A stretch of 63,347 bases of DNA, the filler included, from Rhabdomonas costata (taxonomy: Eukaryota), in NCBI GenBank assembly GCA_019059605.1. It is 28 parts of 28 records of this genome, joined end to end, with 100 filler letters (N's around TTAATTAATTAA, not from the genome) between each part and the next. Parts side by side here need not be neighbours in the genome. Positions count along the whole stretch, not along the records: positions 11,352 to 13,520 come from JAHMHO010005123.1; positions 13,621 to 15,786 come from JAHMHO010005124.1; positions 15,887 to 18,053 come from JAHMHO010005125.1; positions 18,154 to 20,319 come from JAHMHO010005126.1; positions 20,420 to 22,585 come from JAHMHO010005127.1; positions 22,686 to 24,851 come from JAHMHO010005128.1; positions 24,952 to 27,117 come from JAHMHO010005129.1; 21 more parts are not named here. The stretch is one strand, 5' to 3'. Under the pieces are notes generated by a model. The model was not told where the DNA came from. It saw nothing but the letters and a program-made list of their open reading frames with translations, and ran no database searches. Both the position numbers and the translations under genes were made by a program. This document shows positions 13,285 through 24,996 of the stretch, piece after piece. How positions within the stretch are numbered: position 1 is the first letter of the stretch; every line of letters begins with the position of its first letter.

Positions 13285-13620
13285 TTTTAAAGGTGTGCAG
13301 CACCGGTACCAAACAGCGCACTCGGGGGAACTTCAGGGCCCAAATCAACACCTGGGATTTCTCCATCGCAAATCCAAACCCAAATGTCCTAGTTCAACAA
13401 CTGACCATTCAGGAAAAGCAAAGCAAAGCAAAGCAAGTCAAAACCTTCACACATTCGAGTCCACCACGCGACCACGCGGTCTGGTGAAGGAGCACATCAT
13501 CAGCACATCACAAGCATACANNNNNNNNNNNNNNNNNNNNNNNNNNNNNNNNNNNNNNNNNNNNTTAATTAATTAANNNNNNNNNNNNNNNNNNNNNNNN
13601 NNNNNNNNNNNNNNNNNNNN

Positions 13621-13713
13621 GGGTGGGGTGAGCAGCTGAATGATCTGATGAGGAAGGGAGGGAGTGCTATTTATGGTGAAAAGGACGAGCAGCGGAACTG
13701 GGCTGCTCATTAA
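13621..13713 (+). CDS. Probable 3' end of an unknown gene
   Basis: Open frame from the contig start, EQLNDLMRKGGSAIYGEKDEQRNWAAH, ending in TAA. Confidence 0.35.
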   Translation, partial: GWGEQLNDLMRKGGSAIYGEKDEQRNWAAH

Positions 13714-14893
13714 GCAGGACTGATCAATCAATGCAATCGAATTCAAACGCTAAGTTGCAACGTGTTTAATTTAGGGATGGTAGATCCTGTAAAGGATCCA
13801 CCGATGGAGGGTACCAACAGATATGCCAACCCACCATCAGGGTTTCTGGATTTAAATTTAGTTTGGTGCGTCTTTCTCATTCTTTCAAAGGGCGCGATTC
13901 CATTTTGAATATTCGGATTGCGTTCAGTATCAAGAGACCCACTTTCGCTTAAGTGTGTTTGATTCAAATGCTTGCTGAATTCAACTTCCAACTTCCGGCG
14001 GTGGGGAAGCTTCCCTGCCCTGCATTGTGAGAGGCGCTAGGTGCAGATAGTTCCTTCTTTGCTTTCCCCCCCTCCTCCGTTCTGCCCGAAGATGCCCGCT
14101 CTCTGTCCCCCAGTGATCCGTTCTTGTCAGTGTGTCCCTTTGTACAGTCAATACCATTTGCATGTTTTGTGCGGTGAACTCCTTGGGCGTCTTTTTGGAT
14201 GGGGGAGAACGAAGAGTCACCCCCCTGCTGCGAGTTTATGTCTTGGAAAAATCATATATATAAAACCGGAACACGGATATATCGTTTGGACAATTTTTTT
14301 GGTTGCGGGGTCTTCAGGGTCTGCTTACTGTTTCGTCTTTGTTTTTGAGGCGCTCGTTGGTTTGGATTTAGAATTTTCCCGGCATTTTGTCAGCGTCTCA
14401 TTTTGCGGTTATTTTCACGTCTTTTTTTTGGTTTTAGATTCCGATATAAACGCAGGCCAGTAAACTCTTGGTTTCCCATCATCTGATGGGGTTCCGTTGC
14501 TGAGCGCATTTTCGCGTGTTTGCTATCGGTGCTTCTGTTGGCCGAGAATTATGGTGGCGAAAGTTTTTCTTACTCTGCTCCTTTCTGATGGAAGTACCCA
14601 ATGGAACACCCCCATGCCAAATGTCGTGCTTCAATCGTGTAATCTTTTTTCCAGGCCCCTTGAAGAAACATTTAATGCGAATAAAAATAGAAATTATGCA
14701 GCACCTGCAGAGCTATAACCGGGACCCCGTTTCCGTTCTCCTCCCCTGCTGGATCCACCAGTTCGGCACTTCAAGCCACTTACCGCCTTCTTGGATACAA
14801 CTCGAATGTTTTTTCGAAGCACTTTCGGACTTTTTCTCTTTGAAACTGGTGTTTTCTTTGGGCTTTTTTGAGTGAATTTCTGGTACGCCTGGA

Positions 14894-15786
14894 ATGGATG
14901 AAAGCACTGAAAAAGTTCCCGGCAAGGATGCTTCGTCTGTTTACGGGCAGGTTCTCAGCAACGATTTGCACCTTGACCACGTTTCAAATGTAAGCAGTTT
15001 GCGTATATCCGGCCAACCTGAAGATGATTCCTTGAAAAAGGAAATAGTTGGCCTTATAGAAAGGGGTGATCACCTCAGATTGCAGACTGTTTTGTCCCGT
15101 CTGCAGCCCTCGCATGAGCAGCTGCGCACCGAGCCCTACGTTTCGATGATGTATGGCGCTGCGCGTGCCGGTCATGTCGAGGTGATGGAGATGCTTTATC
15201 AATGGTGTGGGGAGCGATGCCTCTACTGGGCCGATCCGGTTACTGGGAGTTATGCTCTTCATGTGGCCGCGGACCGTGGGCACTACGAGGCATTGGTGTG
15301 GCTTCTAACCCACCATGGTGCCCGTCAGCAGAGGAACTTCGATGTTCACAAGCTGAAGAACAATTGGAGTGAGAGTCCTGTGGATATTTGCACCAGGCAA
15401 TCGCAGAAATACCCAGACTGCCAGCGAGCAATGCAGGCCTATTTGAAAAGTGAAGCATCGATGACGGAGAATTGTGTGCAGAGGAGCTGTGGCGAAGTGG
15501 TTGTTCGGACCTATAATCGAGCGTTTGCCCGCTGTGTGGCCATCAGTCCTTTGATTGGGGACCGAAATGTCCCCTTCGACCGGGCGAACGTTTCCATTGA
15601 GCAGTTGTGTGACGGCTTGGTCAAGGAAGGGCGGGAGTACTTGTGTGGAAGGCTGGCGTACGCGGATTGGTCGAAGATCAGAGCGGATCACCTGCAGAAG
15701 AAGGAACCCTCGCAGAGCGGCTTCTGGACCCGGCATCCGACGCCGGAGCAAATTGCTGCACGGCTGAGGGAAGCCTTTCTATGCTG
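14894..15786 (+). CDS. Ankyrin-repeat protein, N-terminal part (3' truncated)
   Basis: ~297 uninterrupted codons from ATG to the contig end. Ankyrin motifs MYGAARAGHVEVMEML, YALHVAADRGHYEALVWLL and NNWSESPVDI. A pyrimidine tract plus AG lies just upstream of the ATG. Confidence 0.88.
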
Positions 15787-17366
15787 NNNNNNNNNNNNNN
15801 NNNNNNNNNNNNNNNNNNNNNNNNNNNNNNTTAATTAATTAANNNNNNNNNNNNNNNNNNNNNNNNNNNNNNNNNNNNNNNNNNNNTTGGTCAACATTCT
15901 TTCACACACGACTTGCCTCAGTAAGATGTTGAATCTTTTTGAATCAACGTTTTCCTATAATTTCTTCCAATTAAACTGATCTTATACATATCACGCGACT
16001 TTCTCCACTGTATTTATTAAGATATTTCACTATTTTATCAACTGAGATTTGTCTCTTCTATTGAAGCAAAGAAGCTATCCATAAGTCTCAACTAATACAC
16101 TGAACGTTGATTTTGAGCTGGTGAGCTCGTCAACACTCTCGAATATACAAATCTCTCCACTGCGCTTAAAGTGACTTCAAAATTTCAAAGACTACAAACA
16201 CCAACAGGTTGGTTATCTTTTTATCCACTATATGACTATAGCAGGCTACACCGTAAAATAAGAGTTTTTAACCACGGCGCACCACAGGATGCCGCGAAGT
16301 ACCAACGGCACAAATAGACGCTAAAAAGACTTTTGTTCGAAATTTCACACTAAATTTTTAGTTTCTGGGTGTAACTATTCTTATAGTTTACATCCTTAAG
16401 CGCTACACACTCCTGCGGATGGCGTCTCTATGACGAACGACGACAGATCTCTCTAAAGGCTCGCCTCAACATCATAGCCTTGCTTCAAAGTACCGCAGGG
16501 AATGCTGCAGTGACAGAAATCCTGTACAAGAGATGGCTCGACGAGTTTCTTGGTCTTGTTTTACGCCGCGGCCACATAGCATACCTAACATATAGCATAC
16601 GCAGTGTATGGTTTCTTCAAGACGTTTCTGATCAACACAAAAAGTGGTGTTTTGTCACGCCTTCACATCTATTTGATGGAACTTTTTTAAGTTTGGAAGC
16701 TACATTGGCCACCTACATCACAGTACATTTCCACGCCTGGATTTTTATCTGTGGGTCCAACTTAAGGCAACACTCTTGGAACCGCAGGTGTGTGTGACGC
16801 AGCATGCCTTCCGAAATTTTCAGAAAGGCCATGGATAACGTGTATATTCGAGCACTCCGGTGTTTTGTCAACGCGAGGACATATGGAGACCATGACTTCA
16901 TGAAACAAATGTGACTTCCTTTCTTATCTGTTCAGTTCCTTAAAACCAGACATCAAGTCTTTTGCAAACTGTGCTGACGCAAAGGTGAAATGGATTATCC
17001 AAATGTGAAGGCAACAGCAACCGGAACACATGACAAGAGCAAACTTGTATAATTTATTGAAAAATTTATTGTGATATAACAGTGACATATGGTACATAAA
17101 AAACTATATATTTCATACATAACATTTAATATACAATTAAAGCATCAAGGCATAGCGCAATAGAGCCTAGGTCGGACGAACTAGCCATAAGTCTGGTAGA
17201 TTTACAAAACGGCGGACGTTGATTGGATCTATGTCACACGCCGTCTATCAGCCGAGCCTCTGACGTGCCTCCTACCTCTTGCGGGTGGTCGTGGCTCTGG
17301 GCTTAGCTTCTGACAGCCTTTATACCGACTTAGCTTTCACTAAGTGGGCGCTGCCGCGGTTTACAT

Positions 17367-17782
17367 GGGTGGAAACACCCAGAACGAGGCTGAGTTTATC
17401 CCGATCCCGGTCTGGCTCCATCTCTTTGTGCGCTGCGGTCTGTCGCCACCGCGTGGGCTATATCTTTGTTTCCTGGCTTGGGTGTGTGTGGCGTCTGGCT
17501 CTCAGGCTCCGTGCTTGCTTGCCCTAGCTGGGTGCGGGGGCTCTTTAGCTGAGGCGGGGCCGTGTTTTTGGGCAAATCTGGTGGATTAGCTGGACTTCTC
17601 TTGCTGTGACTTCTGCTGGCTGCTCGTTTCAAAGGCCCTTGATTTCGAGGGTTCCGCTGGGAGGTGGGGTCATTGAGGTATTGACTCTACCAAGCCGTCC
17701 GCTTAAGCCTTTACCACCCAAAAACAAGGCAAGCAAGAGGGGAACGGCACCAAAGCACAGCACAGGGGAAAGTGAGAAGGTT
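17367..17782. repeat. Dispersed repeat family, copy 1
   Basis: Colinear similarity to 50028-50426. Shared blocks include ccgcgt.ggctatat.tttg.ttcctggcttg, ctctttagctg, gttccgctgggaggtg, acccaaaaacaaggca and ggaacggcaccaaa.cacagca.aggggaaa..gagaaggtt. Confidence 0.9.
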
Positions 17783-18631
17783 AAACTCTTAACATTTTTA
17801 GCCCTGACTAGCCTCTACCTCGCTTTAGCCTCGCTCCGCTGAGCTTTTTGCTGTAGCATGTAAAATAGGTGAACAGCTTTCTTATCACAACCCAAAAACA
17901 CCACGAAAACCAAAGTATACCCAAATCAAACTCAACCAAAAAACGTCCGACGTCAGACGTCAAATTCCAGACCTTTTATCGGGATCTATTTCCTAATCTC
18001 TTTAAATCGGCGTTAAAGAACACCGACTTGTTCCTCTTTTAATCCACAACCCCNNNNNNNNNNNNNNNNNNNNNNNNNNNNNNNNNNNNNNNNNNNNTTA
18101 ATTAATTAANNNNNNNNNNNNNNNNNNNNNNNNNNNNNNNNNNNNNNNNNNNNTGGGTGGTACACCCCAGCACGTGCAAGTCGTCCTACCCCCCTGCGAG
18201 AAGAATGTCTCCTTTGGGCCCGTTAGGTGAACCTGTGCCATATACTTCATAGAATATCCAGGTAAACTCGTCCCTATAGATGTCACACCTTCTTGCAGAT
18301 TGCGCAGTTATTCATTGCACACCTTGTGCTCGAAAGATCAGAAATTATCTCTCTTCGTCGGAGTATCAGAAAAGCGTCCGTATGTCCACAAATTCGGAAT
18401 TCGGAAGGGTGTGCTGTGCACAACAGAAAGGACAGTATCGTTTGGGAAAGCCGTCAGAAAAATATAAAAGTAAAATAGTATAAAAAGTAGTGTGGGCGTG
18501 TAGTATAAATATAAAAGTGTGTGCGTGTGCGCGTGAATGCAGGTGGAAGGGCAAGTGAAAGAGGTACTGTCCAGCAGCAGTGGGCACAGGGAGACACTAG
18601 AGAGTGACAAAAACAACCCAAACAGACAAAC

Positions 18632-20180
18632 CAGAGGGGATCTCCGGGGTGGGACCAGTGATGGGTGCCAGGAAGGGTGAGTAGGCGGGGCTCGGCGCCG
18701 GCGTTGAAACCAGGGGCATCACTTTGGGAGGGAAAAGTTGAAGAAGACGACGACAACGACGAGGAAAATGAAAGTGAACAGGTGATGGTGGAGAGAAAGT
18801 CTAAAATATCCTGAACATATCATCACGGGCTCCCTCCAACGGTCCCGGGCAACCACAACACCGCCTTCGAAAATGTGGAAAAGGAGCAGGTTCGAGGTTC
18901 CAACATGTGCCTACGAAAGCTGAAAGTCAACAGTATGACATGTTGCTGAAGTTCGCCCTTAATGTTGATGGCCTGTCTTTTCTATCGAGTGCAGCAAAAA
19001 AGGAGATTACAGCCTACCCACAGTGTTACCGTCGCTGGGCCAACTTAAACCTCCCGCCATCCAGGAAAAAAAACTCTCAAAAAAGAGGTTCGAAGGAGGG
19101 TGAAAAACAACAGCTGCGGAGGTGCGAAAAAGAGGGGCAAACCTGGGGGAACCTCGTTGTCCGGCACGACCCCGGGACACAGAACTGGGGTAGTCGCAAT
19201 ATCCACCACTGTGCGAAAGAAGCGCAACTCCATTGGCCCTCATCCCGGATGCACGCACATATTGCGAGGAAATCGTCCTGCGCATGGGCGAGTGGAACCA
19301 CGGAATACATACCTAGAGACACATACGCCCACGCCCACACACACACACACACACACACACGCAAACACTATGTGCACAATACATTGCCATTGCTTAGGGG
19401 GGTGGTCTTTTCTGCTTCGAGCGGGATTTCAGTTTGTTTGCTTGCTTGTTCCACGTGTTCGCATCTTCTTCGAGTTCAACCGCGGTCCCTTTCCGGTTTC
19501 CCGCCTTGTCCCTTTCCGGTCTTTGAAAAGCTCTCCTACTGCTGGGACGCGAAAATCACCCCTCTGCTCCTAGGCGGAGGTTTTCAAGAAACGTCAATGG
19601 CGCATTATGCAGTTCTAGGGAGCGCCAACCCAATGCGCTTGCACAGTCTCCTTATCATTCGGTGGCCTCGCTTCATTTTCTGCCTGGGATACTCAGATCA
19701 TCTTCATCTCACCACGGCAACCCACAACCGTAGCACCCTCTCTGGCGCTCTTCGCCAGGTCAGGAGACTTCGGGGCTTTGTTATCATTACGTGCTGCTCT
19801 CGATGGCCTTCGCGCGCGCATGTACACATGCGCACAATAAATTGTGTGAATGGACCACACAGGGACTGTAGAATCGATCTTCGCCCCACAGATGCATATC
19901 GAACCTCAAACAGCTTGGTAGCTCACCCAGGGGTTTCACCAATTTTGGATTATTAAGTGACAACTGTGTGAAACCAAAGCGAAAGGGATAACGCCCCCCC
20001 CCCACCGCGCAAAAAACCTGTGGATTGCTCTGGAAACAGGAATGTGGGAATGGACCCGGCGGTGCTAAGCTTCCCAGACTTCCGGTGGCCCCTCATTCGG
20101 CTCAGGTACCTCCGCTTGCGCAGCTCGTGCTGCTCCTCCTGCCGCTGCTGCTCCTCCAACTCAACAGCACGCTCGCCAGC
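18632..20180 (-). CDS. Hypothetical protein, coiled-coil and proline-rich exons
   Basis: Exon 20180-20110 (AGERAVELEEQQRQEEQHELRKR). Exons 19208-19143 and 18721-18632 join in phase (VDIATTPVLCPGVVPDNEVPP|VMPLVSTPAPSPAYSPFLAPITGPTPEIPS). Intervening exons unresolved. Confidence 0.5.
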
Positions 20181-20419
20181 CTATACCGAGAAAGAAACAT
20201 GGAGTATGCGTGAGAGAAACATGGAGCGAGAGGAGGCATCCACCACCCCACCACCTCCTGGCCAATGAAAGCATGCGAATGGCATTGCGGGCTGGTTATT
20301 CCTGCTGTACCCAAAAACANNNNNNNNNNNNNNNNNNNNNNNNNNNNNNNNNNNNNNNNNNNNTTAATTAATTAANNNNNNNNNNNNNNNNNNNNNNNNN
20401 NNNNNNNNNNNNNNNNNNN

Positions 20420-20670
20420 GTTTTGTTTGCGTGATCTGTCGCACGTTAGAATAAGTAACCTCTTTTTTCATTTCTTTGCTTGCTTGCTGTGAGGCAAATC
20501 CGAACAAGCTTCCCACCCTGTCGGTGCTGTCTTTGGGTATCTCCGTAGAGCTTCTGATGAAAAACTTGAAAATGGCTGCCCACTCGGCTTTCTTTGGTGC
20601 TAGAACGAATCCTTGCCAATCCTTCTTCAGCTGTTCTTTCTTCACAGATGCTTTGGATGGGCGGAATGGC
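20420..20670 (-). CDS. Hypothetical protein fragment, open to the contig edge
   Basis: Stop-free frame KKEQLKKDWQGFVLAPKKAEWAAIFKFFIRSSTEIP..., divergent from the PPR-like gene. Confidence 0.4.
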
Positions 20671-20976
20671 TACTTTCTACTACTTTTTCTTTGGCGGGGC
20701 GTCCAAGCAAATGTTCTGCGCTCATCGGCGCGAGAGAACTAGCAATAACTTGTGTAAAGGGCAAGGAAACGAAGCCCGGGGTGCGAAGCAAAGTGAGGGG
20801 TGCAACCAAAATAGGTGCGCGTGGAAGTTTTGGCAGGATGTTGCTGTCGTTGGTTTCGGTGAGGATGCCGGCTCTGATAGGTCGTGTATGCGTTTACTCA
20901 CGTCTATTGCGTTTTTTTTTCACTTTTTTCTTCAATTTTTTTCTTAAAGATTCTGCAAAGTCTGCTGCCAACATTC

Positions 20977-21291
20977 ATGTGGAGCACCGTTCTTCAGCTG
21001 GACCGCAGCCTCTCCACTCTGTACACCAACCTTCATGCCGGAGCCTCTCTTCGGCTCGCCGTGCGGCGCCATTTCCTCACCAAGGTTCAGAACCATGGGG
21101 AGCTTCCAGACCCGCACCAGCCCACTAGGTCGCCCTCCCCTGAGGAGGCGCGGTTCCTGGAGCGGTGGGTTAGGTTCTGTGTGCAGGCTGGGCTGCACGA
21201 GGAGCCTCGGGCTGTGCTACAAATCCTTACCGAAGCCGGAGTAGTGCCCTCGGAGAAATTGTTTGTGCAGCTGCTGGAGCACTGCGGGGCG
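20977..21291 (+). CDS. PPR-like protein, first exon (possible mitochondrial targeting peptide)
   Basis: T-tract/AG at 20949, then ATG. Reads FCVQAGLHEEPRAVLQILTEAGVVPSEKLFVQLLEHCGA, resembling the PPR consensus. Donor gtgtgt. Confidence 0.65.
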
Positions 21292-21564
21292 GTGTGTGTG
21301 TGTGTGTGTGAACTCGCATCCAATTCATCCATACAAATCAGTGTGTGAACTCGTATAAAGAGAAGTTCTATTGCTGTACTATTCTCTCACGTAGCATCAA
21401 ATTTGCACTTCGGGCGGGAGCGCGAGCGCACGCACACCCACAGACACGCTTTTGGGTGTGCAAAATGCCATGGGAAATCACACGCTCTTGCTTTCTCAAT
21501 GCTCGTTCTTGAGGTTCCAAGTCAGTTCAGCATGAAAGCATGATGACCACTTGCACTGGCATGC

Positions 21565-22386
21565 CTGGAGTTCCCGAAGGATTGGATCAGCTTGCTGCAC
21601 AGCGATGATGAAACCGCTGGCTGCCCAGCCTTTCCCAAAGACGCCTGTGCCGAGGAAGAAGAAGCGGACGAGAGGGGCCGCCAAGCCAGAGAGTGAAAAG
21701 GAGGAGACGCACAAGCTTTGCTTAACACGGCCCGTCCCTCGTACGTCAGCTCGTACGTTAGCTCCAAGATGTGGAAGAAGCAGGAAACACAACGGACCGA
21801 TAGATGCTTGTGCTTGCCCGCCACACAAAAGCTGCAGCCATAGGGAGCAGTTGCACAGACGGGAGCATGATCATCTGGGCAGAAAAAGTGGCCGGAACAA
21901 ATCACAGAAACCTAAAAATCTGTGTTGCTCGAGGTGGGAAAGCAGCAGTTTAGCAGAAGGAGTTGAGGGATATTGAGACAGAACCTCCTAGACAGATAGA
22001 TTCACGATAGATTTGCCACTGCAAAATCTGAACTCCTTGTCACTGTGTGTGTGTGTGTCTGCATGGCTGGTTGCAACCCTTCCGAAAAACCTCCAATAGC
22101 AATCCTAACACGACAGTAGGTCCAAGGCACGTTGAACAACGGCCGAAAAGAGACGGAGTAAGGCGTCCAAAAGCCGCACCAGAGTCTTCATGGCCTCTTC
22201 GGGCCTTCCCGCTCTGGCCAAGGCCTTGGCTAGGGCCTCGCTCAGCTTCGGGTCGCTCTCCAAGGTCTTCGGCTGGCTCAGGGAGACCCGAAGCAACTCC
22301 GGGATGCGGTCGAGCTGCTGCGCCGCTGAGTAGGCCTTAAGACAGGTCGCCGCCATCGCGCCGCCCATCACCAGGCCAGGGGTGCC
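21565..22386 (-). CDS. PPR-like internal exons (opposite strand to the exon at 20977)
   Basis: Exons 22386-22180 and 21644-~21565: CLKAYSAAQQLDRIPELL...ALAKALARAGRPEEAMKTL|ASLGKAGQPAVSSSLCSKLIQSFGNS. Confidence 0.65.
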
Positions 22387-22709
22387 CTGCCATCACATGC
22401 AATGGGACAAGACACAAAAAAGACCAGCATTGAGGCATGTAACGTGAGAGAACAGAGAAGTTTTGCTAAGCAAGAAAAAAACAAAAAAAAGTGCACCGGA
22501 GCACAAAGCAACGGGGTGAGGTGGAATCAGATGTGCGTGGGGTGAGCACATCGCGCGCTGGCTGATGCGCGGAGATAAGTCTCCTNNNNNNNNNNNNNNN
22601 NNNNNNNNNNNNNNNNNNNNNNNNNNNNNTTAATTAATTAANNNNNNNNNNNNNNNNNNNNNNNNNNNNNNNNNNNNNNNNNNNNAGAAATCGCACCACA
22701 CCCTATGAT

Positions 22710-24835
22710 GTCACACTGCGTTTTCCTGGCGAGTTGCTTTGTGGGGTGCCTCTGAGAGGGGGCGAGCCATTGCGAAAAGTGTTTACCGTGGGCTCAGCAA
22801 TCAGAACGGAGCCTACACCGCACTGAACATAATCAGAGAGACTGTTGCCATACAAGAAAATCTCCAGGTGGGCAAGTACTACTGTCATTTCGTCCTCAAC
22901 CGTAATAAGCTTCTGTGGTGGGACTCGATCACTGCACAGATGCAGTTGATGACAGCCACCATTCACTGAAATGAAATTGTAGCTCTGTCGACTAAAGCAC
23001 AGTCTTTTCTGCGAGGAAAGAGTTAGATTGGATTCCAGGTGCGTGGGCGCACTGATGACAATTAACTTTGGAGATTGCTCGCGGTCCCCGCTCCACAGCC
23101 TGGAAAGATGTCCAACGCAGCCCGAAATCCGACTAATCAAGTGGGGCATAAAAACAATCCGAGGAGCAAAGACAGCGACGTCGGTTTTCATCTCACCATG
23201 ATTGAAAAGGTTGGCTTTGCAGAGTAAAACAGGCTTTTCAGCGGAGGATTCCGAAACGTTAGACATCAGGTGAGTCGAATCCTCCGAACTTGAAGACAGT
23301 GCCTCATGGGCCTGGACACTGCCAATTCGCACATTGCACATAAACTCACGATAGTCCCGTCCCATACTAAAAGAAACCTTCTGGAAACCAATCGTGGCGA
23401 CATGCGTTTCCAGAAAATCACTTGGATCAACGGCACCTGTGTAGAGCTGTAAATACAATTCCTGAAGAGTGACTTCAAAAGTTGTCTCGCCTTTCAAACC
23501 AGGAACTGATGTTGGCATCAAACCTCCACGCGATTCCATATCGCTTATCATTTTCACAAACTTTCGGCACACCCGAGCAATGCCTTCCATCTGACTGGGA
23601 ATCAGATTTAACTTCGCAGATGGGACAACAATGCGAACAGAGTGTTTCCCCACAAACTGTTTCGAGGACAAACTCCAACTCAACGGCGATACCACAAACA
23701 GAGGGAACGTTGCCAAGCGACCTCGGAAGGCTCCAAGTCCCATTGCGGTGACACTAACCGCAGCATCCCAGCTGGCCGGCTCAAGGGCAATGCTGATAGT
23801 TTCGGATGACACTGCAATCCCAGACTTGAGCTTGGCAGATTCCCACAACTTTACCTGTAAAGCCACCATGCTGAGGGACAGGGACCCGAACAGGGATGAC
23901 TTGTGCTCTTTCCTTTCCGTTCCTGCACCGGAGGGCACACATCCACTTGTGACAGAGTGGAGAACCTCAAGGGCCCTACTCATTAACTTCGGATAAAGCT
24001 GAACTGAAACATCACCAATCTCACATGTCAGAGAGGAGCCCGAGGAGCTTCTGTCCCAAACAAGGGTTAGAAATGGGCAGCTTGAGGCAGAACTGAGTAG
24101 CTCAAGGGGTCTGGAGGACGAGGATGGGGTGATCGGTGAGGGAGGTGGGGATGAGTTGCAATTGGCAGGGTTCAACAATGGGTCGTAATGGATTGGGGAA
24201 CTCAAAGTGGGACCAGAAGAGAGTTCACTGCGAACCCCGTGTTGCAAAAAGCAGCTCATGACCGTGAGCGTAACCTTCTGGGAGGATGGCGGAAGACTCA
24301 TGGCGTGCACCCTGAGACCGCCTAACCAAAGCTCCGAGTTGGTGGGTGGAGATGCCTTCTGTTCATCTTCAGAAGCAGCACGATCAGAAATAAGCACCTT
24401 CAACCCTTCCACTTCCACAGCGATATCCAAAACCGTGCTACCTGAGCGCAAAGTATCAAGAGTAAAAAATAGGAACCAACCAGTCAACCAGAGGTAAACA
24501 CCAAACTTAGCATCCAAAGTCCGGCACAGCACCACAGATATAACTGCTTCAGTCCCGACACACGCACCTTGCTGGTCTTCCGTGCTGGAGTTGTCTGTGT
24601 TCTGCGAATAGATCTCCCTCTGCACAGGGGCCAGCACAACCTCGCCGATCAGCCCATAGGCAGCCTCTAGCATAGGCGGACGAGCCCAGAGACTCCCTTT
24701 TGGGCATCTCAGGGAAACCTTGGGGTTTGAAAGAGCACCCCCGGCGGAGTATTCATAGGAGAGGGTCCGCTTTTCCTGAGACTCTTCAGCAAGAAGGTCA
24801 GCGTGAGGCACAGCCAGCCAGCACTCCATCTGCAC
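22710..24835 (-). CDS. VPS13: VPS13-family bridge-like lipid transfer protein, internal fragment
   Basis: Long beta-rich frame with repeating-beta-groove-like segments. It ends in LTLSSQKRL...ISVNGGCHQLHL...KLITV...VVLAHLEI...LSDYVQCG, resembling the central segment of plant/protist VPS13 (recalled similarity). The supplied ORF reads through a probable 126-nt intron at 24567-24442. Confidence 0.7.
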
Positions 24836-24996
24836 GGCAAAGAAAACAAAANNNNNNNNNNNNNNNNNNNNNNNNNNNNNNNNNNNNNNNNNNNNTTAAT
24901 TAATTAANNNNNNNNNNNNNNNNNNNNNNNNNNNNNNNNNNNNNNNNNNNNGAGGGTGCTGCGGGGTGCAATGGGTTTCTGTCCTTCTGCGCACAG

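Noticed and set aside
18907-19956. 349-aa plus-strand ORF
   Set aside because: It runs through a CA microsatellite (HTHTHT), has no domain features, and overlaps better-supported minus-strand exons.
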